Origin: an uncultured Candidatus Sumerlaeota bacterium | GTDB taxonomy: Bacteria; CAYMEV01 | Reading direction: 5' to 3' | Assembly (NCBI GenBank): GCA_964389675.1 | Contig: CAYMEV010000007.1 | Span: 62,001 to 126,000, forward strand | DNA length: 64,000 nucleotides | Shown: positions 46,979 to 56,932 of the stretch, piece after piece | Position numbering within the stretch: position 1 is the first letter of the stretch | Layout of the letters: the number at the start of each line of letters is the position of its first letter | Program-made: the position numbers and the translations under genes | Notes under the pieces: model-generated | What the model was told of the DNA's origin: nothing | The model's database searches: none | The model's input: only the letters and a program-made list of their open reading frames with translations

Positions 46979-47929
46979 ATGAATAAGGTAAGAGAAAAGA
47001 TACTTGACCTTTTAGAAAAGGGCAAGATTACAAAGGAAGAAGCTGGAGAACTCCTTGAGGCTTTGCATGATGCAGGAAAAAGCAATTCAGCCTATAAAGG
47101 CATTGATTTTGAATCAATGATAAACCAGTTCGATAAATTGGGGAAAAAGCTATACCAGACTTCCCAGGACATTCTTGAACAGACCGGGATTGACGATCTG
47201 GCATTTAAGATCGGAAAGAACATAAAAAATGCAACAAATGAAGTTCTTGATAAAGTAGATAAACATATAAAGAACATAACACAATCAGTCATAAAAAAAG
47301 AGATAAATGGTAAGAAAACCACCATAGTGTTTTCTTATTATAAGGGTGATATCGATCTTTCGGGTGAAGACATAATTATACTTGGAAAGCTGGATGGAGC
47401 CCTGAACCTTAAAGATTCAAACCTGAAGATTTTTGGAAAGCAGGAAGGGGATATTTCTATAAACAGCTGTTCAGCAGATATAATGGGTAAACTGTCAGGG
47501 GATATTAACGGTACAGGTGAAAATAAGATCTCCGTTATGGGCAAAATAAACGGGGATATTGCTAATGAAACAGGAAAAATAAAGATACTTGGCAACCTTG
47601 ATGGAGACATAAGGCTTGACAAGGGAAATTTGCGTATCACTGGTCTGGTTAAAGGCGATATTAGCATAAAGGAAGCTGATATGGATGTCCTCGGCAAGGT
47701 AAGGGGAGATGTGGGGATTCAGAAAGGGAATCTTACACTCTATAGATCCTCATCTGTCATAGGCGATGTTGAGATTCTTGAGGGCGACCTTATATTAAAA
47801 AAAGGTGCCGAGATTAACGGTAATCTGAACATACAAAAGGGTGAGCAAAAGATTGAGGACTCTGATTCTGATGATGCTGTACCGCATGAAGAACCTGAAG
47901 ATGAAGGCCCCGGTGATAGCACTGAATAG
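46979..47929 (+). CDS. SHOCT-like N-terminus + bactofilin-like beta-helix repeat protein
   Basis: KILDLLEKGKITKEEAGELLEAL; about nine 17-18-aa GD(I/V)...G repeats; acidic tail. Confidence 0.65.
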   Translation: MNKVREKILDLLEKGKITKEEAGELLEALHDAGKSNSAYKGIDFESMINQFDKLGKKLYQTSQDILEQTGIDDLAFKIGKNIKNATNEVLDKVDKHIKNITQSVIKKEINGKKTTIVFSYYKGDIDLSGEDIIILGKLDGALNLKDSNLKIFGKQEGDISINSCSADIMGKLSGDINGTGENKISVMGKINGDIANETGKIKILGNLDGDIRLDKGNLRITGLVKGDISIKEADMDVLGKVRGDVGIQKGNLTLYRSSSVIGDVEILEGDLILKKGAEINGNLNIQKGEQKIEDSDSDDAVPHEEPEDEGPGDSTE

Positions 47930-47935
47930 AAAATA

Positions 47936-48640
47936 TTATTGGCTTTTATCTGAAATATTTGTAATTTGCCATTGAGGTCCTTTTTTTTCGAAGATCACAG
48001 TATATTCAGAATTATTTATGTGAACAGTTGACCTGCAGGATGTAGAGCTGGAGTAGAACAGAGAATAATCCCTTATATACATATTATGGAAATACGCCAG
48101 TATTTTCAGTATTTTTTTTCTGATCATCCTATCCCTGCTGTATACAAATTTAGAATAAAGAGTATCAAGAAAGGATAAATATTGTTCGTCATAGAAGAAT
48201 CGGCTGTCAAAATCCTTTGTGAATATCAGCATTATGTCTTCAGGGAGTATTGTGTTCATATTCCTTGCAAGGCTGTATGAAGGGATAATTGAAAAGGCAG
48301 TGATTTTCCCATCTTTTAAATGCATCAGGTATTCTATATTAAGGATAATCACTTTTTTTATAATTGATGATGCAGTAAATGAGTATATCTTTGTTGAATC
48401 AGAGATTCCCGAAAGCTGAACCCGGCCTAATTCCATGGAATAAAAATTGATTTTTTTCAGCTCTTCATATATTTCGCTATTTTGAGCAATATCAGATAAA
48501 ACAGCTTCATTATCATATTTTACCGCATTAATAAGGCTATTTATCCTATCCTTGTTTATGTCGGGATCCTGGCCGCATGACATAAATAAAAAGAAAAGCA
48601 GTATTATTACTGATATCCTGATCCAAAAATTCATAAGCAT
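47936..48640 (-). CDS. Hypothetical lipoprotein
   Basis: Hydrophobic signal ending in lipobox-like FMSC; start uncertain (48640 or 48634). Confidence 0.5.
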   Translation of the reverse strand: MLMNFWIRISVIILLFFLFMSCGQDPDINKDRINSLINAVKYDNEAVLSDIAQNSEIYEELKKINFYSMELGRVQLSGISDSTKIYSFTASSIIKKVIILNIEYLMHLKDGKITAFSIIPSYSLARNMNTILPEDIMLIFTKDFDSRFFYDEQYLSFLDTLYSKFVYSRDRMIRKKILKILAYFHNMYIRDYSLFYSSSTSCRSTVHINNSEYTVIFEKKGPQWQITNISDKSQ

Positions 48641-48741
48641 ATAATAAGAAATACTATATGTATTGTGTAAATCAAGAAAGATATATATTCTGAACAAAAG
48701 GATTTTAATCTGCGAAGTAGTTATAGATGGGAGGCTATCAA

Positions 48742-49869
48742 ATGAAATATAGAACTATTAAAACAATGGGTTTCGAATCATCATTACTGGGATTTGGCGC
48801 GATGAGGCTGCCTGTATCGGGAGATGACAGCGGCAGTATTGATGAGAAAGCAGCAATTGAAATGATCAGGTATGGCATTGATAATGGTATCAATTATATT
48901 GATACTGCTTACCCGTATCATAAGGGGAACAGTGAAATCCTGGTTGGAAAAGCCTTAAAGAGCGGTTACAGGGAGAGGGTAAAACTAGTTACAAAGCTTC
49001 CTGTATGGCTTATTAAAAAGAAAAGCGATTTTGATAAATACCTTGATGAGCAGCTGAAGAGGCTTGATACCGACATTATTGATATTTACCTGTTCCATTC
49101 TCTCAATGAGAAATACTGGAATACTATTCTGGAGCATGATCTATTGTCATCAATGCAAAATGCAGTTAAGGATAAAAGAATTAAGAATATAGGTTTTTCC
49201 TTTCATTCCAGTGTTGACGTTTTTAAAAGGATTATAGACAGTTATGACTGGGATATCTGTATGATTCAGTACAATTATCTGGATATTGAAAACCAGGCAG
49301 GTACTGAAGGGCTTAAATATGCCCACTCAAAAAATATTCCCATAGCAGTTATGGAACCTTTAAGAGGAGGCAATCTTGTAAATTCAGTACCCAATGACAT
49401 AAAGCAGGTATTCTCGTCATCAAGGATAAAACGCAGCCTGGCAGCCTGGGCTTTCGGATGGCTTATTGGCCATGAGGAGATATCTGTAATACTGAGCGGT
49501 ATGGGAAGCCTTGAACAGGTAAAGGAGAACCTAAGTATATTTGAGAACCATGTGGAATTTGATAAAGGAGATGAAAAGATAATAAAAAGGGTATATGATA
49601 TGTTTCACAAAAGGCAGAGAGCCTTATGCACTTCATGCGGATATTGCGAAATATGCCCGAATAATATAATGATTTCAACGATCCTTTCACTATATGATGA
49701 TTTCCTGATATTTGAAGATCAGGAAAGGTCAAAAAGGTTTTATAGCAGTATTATAAAGGCTGGAAAGGATATATCCAGATGCAGCTACTGCAGGAAGTGT
49801 GAAGAGATATGCCCACAGGGCCTGAAAATTACTGACCTTCTTAAGGAAGCTGATAATATTCTAAAATAG
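48742..49869 (+). CDS. Aldo/keto reductase with C-terminal Fe-S dicluster
   Basis: GFGAMRLP, YIDTAYPYH, TKLP and MEPLRGG motifs; CTSCGYC...CP and CSYCRKCEEICPQ. Confidence 0.9.
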   Translation: MKYRTIKTMGFESSLLGFGAMRLPVSGDDSGSIDEKAAIEMIRYGIDNGINYIDTAYPYHKGNSEILVGKALKSGYRERVKLVTKLPVWLIKKKSDFDKYLDEQLKRLDTDIIDIYLFHSLNEKYWNTILEHDLLSSMQNAVKDKRIKNIGFSFHSSVDVFKRIIDSYDWDICMIQYNYLDIENQAGTEGLKYAHSKNIPIAVMEPLRGGNLVNSVPNDIKQVFSSSRIKRSLAAWAFGWLIGHEEISVILSGMGSLEQVKENLSIFENHVEFDKGDEKIIKRVYDMFHKRQRALCTSCGYCEICPNNIMISTILSLYDDFLIFEDQERSKRFYSSIIKAGKDISRCSYCRKCEEICPQGLKITDLLKEADNILK

Positions 49870-50001
49870 AAGATATTCTCATATCCTTTATTTTATCTGG
49901 CCTACTTTATGGCTGCAATGCGAAAAGGAGCTGGCAGATTTAAAAAGATCCATATAATATTGACATTCAGTATATTTGATACTATATAGTACATTAAGAT
50001 T

Positions 50002-52023
50002 ATGCACGGGTATCTGATAAATAATATGGCCTTTTTTGAAAGCCTGCTCAAGACCTTTTTGGACAGGTATTCACTTAATTTCCAATCCTCCTATGTGCTT
50101 CTGGATAAAAGCCTGAATCCTGTATATAATACAGGTATTGAGGGTTCCTATGACAGCAGTTTCATTAAAGGCGTCAGGGATTTTATACCCAATATAACTC
50201 AGCCGAAATTATTTTCAAGAAACGGAAACAGCAGGTTTATAATTCCAGTGAACATTTTGGGAGAAAATGAATACTTTATCGTAGCCGAAAGTGCTGGAAT
50301 AACACCTGATACAGGTGCTGAGGGTTTCAGTGTTGAGGATTCTGCCGTCAATACACTGAAGAGCATAAATTTCTTTCATTATTTTTTGCATATCACAATA
50401 AAAAGCATATGCCAGGAACTCCAGACCAAAGAATACTTCAGGAATTTGAGCAGCATTATTGAGTTTGAGGAAATATCACATGATAAGGAATTGCTGGATA
50501 ATAAAATAAATAATATACTCAATTCAATTGTCATCCTTACTAACTCGTCCTTTGCCATTTTCCATATACTGGATAATGAGAGTGGCAAGCTTCATATTTC
50601 AAATACAGCAGGTGATCTTAAAAAGGATATATTAAAATTTGATATTTCTATGAACGAGGGTTTTATCACCAATCATGTATGGAAAGAAAAAAATGCAATA
50701 AGGATTAAGGTCGATGAAGATGCACGCCCGAAATTCTCTCATCTGGATAATATTGAAAAGGAGAAGATAAATAATTATCTTGGCATACCTATAAAGGCAA
50801 AGGATGAATATTTTGGCATTCTGGAGCTTTACAGCAAAGATACGGATAATATATATACACTCGAAGATGAATATTGCATCCAGGTAGTGGCTAATTTTAT
50901 TTCTATAATTTATAAGGACCATATACTGCTTTACCAGGAAAAGCACAACCGGGAGCAGATGCAGAAAGTTAACAAAGACCTGAAGAAAACTCAGCAGGAC
51001 CTGAATGCTTTTGTTTTGAGGATATCGAATCTGTATAAGATCAATAAGGTTATAAGATCCGTTATCAATCTTGATGAAATGATAAAAAAGCTTATAGATG
51101 TCATAGGAAAAGCTACTGAATCCGATGAGGTTTTTATTTTCCTGAAAGATGAAAACAGCTATGAGCTTGTTCTTCAAGGATGTCCAAAAGAATACCAGGC
51201 TTCTGTCGGATTTGTCAGGATCCCTTTTGGCAAAGGGATTGAAGGAATTGTGGCTCAGACCAAAATGAGTATAATCGTTCCTGAAAATGTAATCAATGAT
51301 CCAAGATATGATTCAGTTCTTGACCTGGAGCTTAAATTCTTCAATTCACTTCTGGCTGCTCCAATTATGATAAAGGATAAGGTAATAGGGGTTCTGGAAC
51401 TTAGAAACGGGGTTAAAAAGGAATACTCTGCTTCTGAAAAGAAGCTTATCAGTGCTATAACCGACCAGTTAGGGATTGCTATAGAAAATGCACTGCTTCA
51501 CAAGAAGACAGAGCTTCTTTCTCTTACAGATGATATGACAAGTCTGTTTAATTTCAGGTTTTTCCAGCAGAAACTTAAGGATGAAATCATCAGGAGCAAA
51601 AGATATCAGAGGGATTTGAGTATTCTTATGATTGATATAGATCATTTTAAAAAGGTTAATGATACATATGGACATACCAAAGGGGATTTTGTACTAAGAA
51701 AGGTCTCTTCTGTGATAACAAATACTGTCAGGGATGTAGATATATCATCCAGGTACGGCGGAGAAGAATTTGTAGTTATACTCCCTGAGACGGAACAGAG
51801 GGATACTATGCTGATAGCAGAAAGGATTAGAAAACGAGTGGAAGAGCTGGACATGTCTGATGAAGAAGGGCTTGAAAACCTTAAAATTACTATAAGCATA
51901 GGCGTTGCATCATTCCCGGAGAATGCAACAACTGAAAAATCATTGATTGAGGCTGCGGATAAAGCCATGTACAATGCAAAAAGAAATGGAAGAAACAGGG
52001 TAGTAGGATTTTCATCTCTATGA
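50002..52023 (+). CDS. GAF-GAF-GGDEF diguanylate cyclase
   Basis: Two GAF-like domains; DIDHFKKVND; RDVD I-site; GGEEF. Confidence 0.92.
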   Translation: MHGYLINNMAFFESLLKTFLDRYSLNFQSSYVLLDKSLNPVYNTGIEGSYDSSFIKGVRDFIPNITQPKLFSRNGNSRFIIPVNILGENEYFIVAESAGITPDTGAEGFSVEDSAVNTLKSINFFHYFLHITIKSICQELQTKEYFRNLSSIIEFEEISHDKELLDNKINNILNSIVILTNSSFAIFHILDNESGKLHISNTAGDLKKDILKFDISMNEGFITNHVWKEKNAIRIKVDEDARPKFSHLDNIEKEKINNYLGIPIKAKDEYFGILELYSKDTDNIYTLEDEYCIQVVANFISIIYKDHILLYQEKHNREQMQKVNKDLKKTQQDLNAFVLRISNLYKINKVIRSVINLDEMIKKLIDVIGKATESDEVFIFLKDENSYELVLQGCPKEYQASVGFVRIPFGKGIEGIVAQTKMSIIVPENVINDPRYDSVLDLELKFFNSLLAAPIMIKDKVIGVLELRNGVKKEYSASEKKLISAITDQLGIAIENALLHKKTELLSLTDDMTSLFNFRFFQQKLKDEIIRSKRYQRDLSILMIDIDHFKKVNDTYGHTKGDFVLRKVSSVITNTVRDVDISSRYGGEEFVVILPETEQRDTMLIAERIRKRVEELDMSDEEGLENLKITISIGVASFPENATTEKSLIEAADKAMYNAKRNGRNRVVGFSSL

Positions 52024-52685
52024 AAAAAACAACAGCTATTCTTATTTTTGTAATTATAGCATCTTTTTTTTCCTTAAATCTTCTGCATTCTCAGGTTTAT
52101 CGCAATGAGAGCTATATTATCGAACTTAAATCATCAGGAAACGGCGATACTTTTATTACAAATAAGCATTCTGATAAAAATTTTGGCGGATCAAAATATA
52201 TAATATCAGGGCTGAAAGAAAAAAACCTTTATTGGGGCTTGTTTTTTTTTTCAATCCCGGATTTTAATGAAAAGGTATATGTCAAAAGTGCAAGGCTGGT
52301 TCTTTATCCGGTCATAATAGAAGATCCTCAGGTTTATAATATATATTATATAATTGAGAGGTTTTTCCCGGAAAACAGATTTCACGGGAATAACCTGGAA
52401 AGAATTGGTGTCACATGGGGTTCCATGCCTCCTTTTGATGATATCCCGGTTAATTCTGTCCTTATAGATAAGACTGATATTCCTCTGAACATAGATATTA
52501 CAGGTGCGATACAAAAGGCTGTTGATAAAGGATCTGAATATTGCGGTATATTGATAAAGAACTCAAAGGATTTTTCAATCTCCTATGATTCTTTTGTTAT
52601 GTTTTATTCCTCAAATAATCTTCATTATTCATATAATGAACTTATACCAAGGGTCGAAATGACCATTTTAAGGGAGAAAGATTGA
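52020..52685 (+). CDS. Exported DNRLRE-like (CBM96-type) domain protein
   Basis: Signal peptide; DTFI...D.NFG, VKSARLVLY, VTW, DIT and PRVE pattern. Confidence 0.6.
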   Translation: MKKTTAILIFVIIASFFSLNLLHSQVYRNESYIIELKSSGNGDTFITNKHSDKNFGGSKYIISGLKEKNLYWGLFFFSIPDFNEKVYVKSARLVLYPVIIEDPQVYNIYYIIERFFPENRFHGNNLERIGVTWGSMPPFDDIPVNSVLIDKTDIPLNIDITGAIQKAVDKGSEYCGILIKNSKDFSISYDSFVMFYSSNNLHYSYNELIPRVEMTILREKD

Positions 52686-53509
52686 AATCCGTTATTTTTG
52701 ACGCAATTAAAGAATATTTAAAACAGGAAAATGTCCAAAACAGAATTAAGATTGCTGACCATTTTATAAACCTCATCGATAATGAGCAAAATGAATATTA
52801 TAGTATTATCAGGAATATGAATCCTAAAAAACTGGAACAGACTGATATCAGCAGAAAGATTAGATTTGATTCCATGATGGCGCATGATATGGCTATTGCC
52901 GGAACCGATGAAGTCGGCAGGGGCTGTATATTCGGCCCTGTCTTTACTGCCACAGCAGAAGGCACTAATGCATGCAAACTAGATCATCCAGTATTTGCTG
53001 CAATTGATGATTCAAAAAGGTTGACATCCAGGCTTAGAAAATCTATCCTTTTCTTTTGCATAGAGAAAAATATTGAATTCTCCATAGGATTTTCAACTGT
53101 AAATTATATTGAGAAGAACAATATATTGAATGCAACAATAAACGCTATAAAAATGAGTATTAATAATATAGCCGGAAATGGAGTGTTTTATCTAATTGAT
53201 GGCCGTTTTCCCGTTGATTTCGGCCCGAATACCAAAAAAGTTGTCAAGGGAGATTCAAAGTCTTTTGTTATCGGGCTTGCATCAATTATCGCAAAGACAG
53301 TAAGGGATTACCTCATGGCTACCCTGTCTTTATTCTATCCGGGATATTTTCTGGAAAGGAATATGGGGTACGGCACCAAAGACCACTTTTTAATGATCAG
53401 CAGGAAAGGATATACAGAGCTTCACAGAAAATCCTTTTTAAGGAGATATCTTGCTGGAAAGCATCAGGGAACATTAATCCAGAAACAGGAGAATCAAAAT
53501 GGTATTTAA
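52682..53509 (+). CDS. rnhB: Ribonuclease HII
   Basis: AGTDEVGRG, DSKRL, IDG, KGD, ASIIAK, GYGT and HRKSF motifs. Confidence 0.9.
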   Translation: MKSVIFDAIKEYLKQENVQNRIKIADHFINLIDNEQNEYYSIIRNMNPKKLEQTDISRKIRFDSMMAHDMAIAGTDEVGRGCIFGPVFTATAEGTNACKLDHPVFAAIDDSKRLTSRLRKSILFFCIEKNIEFSIGFSTVNYIEKNNILNATINAIKMSINNIAGNGVFYLIDGRFPVDFGPNTKKVVKGDSKSFVIGLASIIAKTVRDYLMATLSLFYPGYFLERNMGYGTKDHFLMISRKGYTELHRKSFLRRYLAGKHQGTLIQKQENQNGI

Positions 53510-56009
53510 GATTATAAATAAGGTTTTCGGGTCCAAAACCATCAGGGACCTTAAAAAGCTTCAGACATATATTGAAGGGATTGATTCAAGGGAAAGGGAA
53601 TACAGCCATTATACTGACAGCAGGCTCAAAGAGATTAGCCTGTCCCTTAAGGAGAAAGCTGGTAGTGGGAATACGCTTGACGATCTTATTCCAGAGGCAT
53701 TCGCCCTTGTAAAAGAAGCAGCGAAACGTACCATAGGGATGCGTCCTTTTGACGTTCAGATAGCTGGAGGAATTATACTTCATCAGGGTAAGATCTCTGA
53801 AATGAAGACAGGTGAAGGAAAAACACTGGTAGCGACAATGCCCGCTTATCTTAATGCGCTTACTCAAAGAGGGGTACATATTGTCACTGTTAATGATTAT
53901 CTTGCGCGCAGGGATGCTAACTGGATGGGTGAGATCTTCCGCTTTCTGGGGCTTACAGTAGGATGCATCCAGCATGACATGTCCCCCTCTGACAGGAGAA
54001 ATGAGTATGGCTGTGACATTACATATGGTACCAACAATGAATTCGGCTTTGATTACCTGAGAGATAATATGGAGGTCTCTATCGAAAGATGTGTGCAGAG
54101 ATACCACCATTATGCCATAATAGACGAGGTTGACAGCATACTTGTTGATGAAGCAAGGACTCCCCTTATTATTTCAGGTCCTGCGGAAGAATCTACTGAA
54201 CTTTATTATGAAATGAACTCTATTGCCCGCCAGATGAAGCAGGAAAGGCATTTTGTGCTTGATGAGAAAGCTAAGACCATTGCCCTTACAGAGGAGGGGA
54301 ACTCAATACTGGAAAAACGTTTCGGCGAGAAGATATATACACCTGATGGCCTGGAATTTCAGCATCACATAATACAGGCCTTAAAAGCTCATAAGCTTTT
54401 TAAGAGGGATGTAGATTATGTGATAAAGGAAAATAAGGTAATTATTGTAGATGAGTTCACAGGGAGGCTTATGCCCGGAAGGAGATACAGTGATGGCCTG
54501 CACCAGGCTCTTGAGGCAAAGGAGAATGTGAAAATAGAAAATGCAAATCAGACTCTTGCCACAATCACTCTGCAGAATTATTTCAGAATGTACGAAAAAC
54601 TGGCTGGAATGACCGGTACAGCAAAAACAGAAGAGTCGGAATTTATTCAGATCTATAATCTGGAGGTTGTTGAAATTCCTACCAACAGGCCGCTGATCAG
54701 GACAAATTATGATGATGAGATCTACAGAACAGAGGAAGAAAAGGTCTCAGCCGTATTGAAGGAAATTGAGAAGATGAACAGAATAGGCAGGCCTGTCCTT
54801 GTCGGAACTGTATCAATTGAGAAATCAGAGCTGATAGCTGAGTACTTAAAGAAGAAGAGGATTCATTTCAATGTTCTTAATGCAAAAAACCATGAAAAGG
54901 AGGCTCAGATCATAGCCGGTGCAGGACAGGAAAAAGCCGTGACCATATCCACCAATATGGCCGGAAGAGGAACAGACATAGTGCTGGGAGATGGTATTGC
55001 CGAGAAAGGCGGACTCCATATTATCGGGACTGAGAGGCATGAATCCAGAAGGATTGATAATCAGCTGAGGGGGCGTGCGGGGCGGCAGGGCGATCCCGGA
55101 AGCTCAAAATTCTATCTTTCCCTTGAGGACAATCTTATGAGAATATTTGCAGCAGAGAAGATCTCTGGATTGATGGACAGGATACATTTTGAAAAGGGTG
55201 TCCCAATAAAACATAAGATTATCACCAGCATTATTGAGAAGGCACAGAAGCAGGTTGAAAGCTATCATTTTGAGATCAGGAAAAACACGCTTGAATATGA
55301 TGATGTAATGAATAAGCAAAGGGAAATTATTTATTCGAAAAGAAGGGAAATTCTGGAAGGCAAGCTTAAGAAGGAAGACATATTCGATATGATTGAGGAT
55401 ATTTCAGAGGAGCTTGTCGATACATATCTTCCTGAAAGAAAAGATGTAATGGACTGGGATTTTGACGCCTTAAAACATTCATTTCAGGAGAGTTTCTTCT
55501 TCATTCCGAAAATACTGGAAGATGAACTGGGTTCTGAGAACAGGGAAGATCTGATTGAAAAGATTAAAAAGGAGCTTTTTGATTATTATAATCAGAAAGA
55601 AGCACAGATAAAAGCTGAAAGAATGAGGCATGTTGAAAAATATTTCTTTTTATCATATATAGATACTTTCTGGAAGGAGCATCTCTATATAATGGATCAG
55701 GTAAGAGAGGGAATAGGGCTTAGGGGATACGGACAAAGAGATCCGCTGCTCGAATACAAGAAGGAAGCGTTTTATTATTTTGATGACCTGATAGACAGGA
55801 TAAAGAAGAGGACAGTGAAATCAATTTTCTCCATAAAAGTTGAACTGGAAGAAGATGATATAAAAATAAGGAAAAAAAAGATTAATGCAAAGGAGCATCA
55901 TGGCCAGGGAACCAGGCTGCAACCGCAGACCCGCGATAAAAAGGTAGGCCGTAATGATCCCTGCATATGCGGAAGCGGCAAAAAATATAAACACTGTTGT
56001 GGGAGATAA
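53499..56009 (+). CDS. secA: Preprotein translocase subunit SecA
   Basis: MKTGEGKT, DEVDS, STNMAGRGTDI, QLRGRAGRQGDPG and C-terminal SEC-C GRNDPCICGSGKKYKHCCG. Confidence 0.98.
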   Translation: MVFKIINKVFGSKTIRDLKKLQTYIEGIDSREREYSHYTDSRLKEISLSLKEKAGSGNTLDDLIPEAFALVKEAAKRTIGMRPFDVQIAGGIILHQGKISEMKTGEGKTLVATMPAYLNALTQRGVHIVTVNDYLARRDANWMGEIFRFLGLTVGCIQHDMSPSDRRNEYGCDITYGTNNEFGFDYLRDNMEVSIERCVQRYHHYAIIDEVDSILVDEARTPLIISGPAEESTELYYEMNSIARQMKQERHFVLDEKAKTIALTEEGNSILEKRFGEKIYTPDGLEFQHHIIQALKAHKLFKRDVDYVIKENKVIIVDEFTGRLMPGRRYSDGLHQALEAKENVKIENANQTLATITLQNYFRMYEKLAGMTGTAKTEESEFIQIYNLEVVEIPTNRPLIRTNYDDEIYRTEEEKVSAVLKEIEKMNRIGRPVLVGTVSIEKSELIAEYLKKKRIHFNVLNAKNHEKEAQIIAGAGQEKAVTISTNMAGRGTDIVLGDGIAEKGGLHIIGTERHESRRIDNQLRGRAGRQGDPGSSKFYLSLEDNLMRIFAAEKISGLMDRIHFEKGVPIKHKIITSIIEKAQKQVESYHFEIRKNTLEYDDVMNKQREIIYSKRREILEGKLKKEDIFDMIEDISEELVDTYLPERKDVMDWDFDALKHSFQESFFFIPKILEDELGSENREDLIEKIKKELFDYYNQKEAQIKAERMRHVEKYFFLSYIDTFWKEHLYIMDQVREGIGLRGYGQRDPLLEYKKEAFYYFDDLIDRIKKRTVKSIFSIKVELEEDDIKIRKKKINAKEHHGQGTRLQPQTRDKKVGRNDPCICGSGKKYKHCCGR

Positions 56010-56012
56010 AAA

Positions 56013-56855
56013 ATGTATAAGATTGCAGGAGTTCAGATGAATTCCGGACCATCCAAAGAGGAGAATATAGATAGAGCGGTTCAGCTGGCTGAACTGGCAA
56101 TCTCCAAGGGTTCAAAGATAATACTGTTTGGTGAGATATTCAGCTGCCCGTGGATTTTGGATGAATTTGCCCAGCAAAACTATTTCTACTCAGAAAAAGT
56201 GCCTGGTCCAAGCACCAAACCCTTTATGCACCTTGCAAAGAAATATAAGGTTACATTTGTCTGTCCAGTTATGGAGGAAAGTGATGTTGACGGGGTATAT
56301 TACAATACCGCTGTTGTAATATCAGAAAATGGTGAGATATCAGGCATGCACAGAAAAATACACCTTCCGGATATAGAAGGCTGGAGGGAAAAGAGCTATT
56401 TTGCTAAAGGGGACCTTGGATTTCAGGTATTTAGAAGTGAGTGGGCTAATTTTGGAATACTGCTAAGCTGGGATAACTTCTTTCCAGAAGCTGCAAGGGT
56501 GCTGGCTCTGAAAGGCGCAAACCTGATCCTATGTCCTACGACCTCAGCATTTGATTCACAGAATATATGGGAAACAGTAATAAAAGCCAACTCCATAGTA
56601 AATAATGTCTTCAGCTTCAGGCTGAACAGGGTTGGAAGCGAGAAAGGGCTTGATTTTTACGGCAAATCATTCTGCTCAAACCCGTTCGGAGAACTGCTGT
56701 TCATACCGAGTACCAATTCTGAAGGCATTGTGATTGCTGAGATAGCCTCATGTATTCAAAAGACTATAAGGAGTGACTGGAGCTTTATTAAGGAAAGGTC
56801 CCCCGCTGATTATCTTCCTATTATGCCGAAATCCATTAAGGCTTTCTGGGAATAA
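56013..56855 (+). CDS. Carbon-nitrogen hydrolase (N-carbamoylputrescine amidase/beta-ureidopropionase-like) with Ser at the nucleophile position
   Basis: GEIF, YYNTA, RKIHLP, EKSYF..GDLGF and NRVG motifs; LLSWDNFFPEAAR instead of ICWD/ICYD. Confidence 0.85.
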   Translation: MYKIAGVQMNSGPSKEENIDRAVQLAELAISKGSKIILFGEIFSCPWILDEFAQQNYFYSEKVPGPSTKPFMHLAKKYKVTFVCPVMEESDVDGVYYNTAVVISENGEISGMHRKIHLPDIEGWREKSYFAKGDLGFQVFRSEWANFGILLSWDNFFPEAARVLALKGANLILCPTTSAFDSQNIWETVIKANSIVNNVFSFRLNRVGSEKGLDFYGKSFCSNPFGELLFIPSTNSEGIVIAEIASCIQKTIRSDWSFIKERSPADYLPIMPKSIKAFWE

Positions 56856-56870
56856 TTTTATTAATAATAT

Positions 56871-56899
56871 TTGACAAAGATATATAATATTAATAAACT
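56871..56899 (+). promoter_or_regulatory. Putative sigma70 promoter of the TPR protein gene
   Basis: TTGACA-17 nt-TAAACT. Confidence 0.55.
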
Positions 56900-56932
56900 A
56901 AATAGCATGAAGAATTGGCTTGGATTTAGGCT

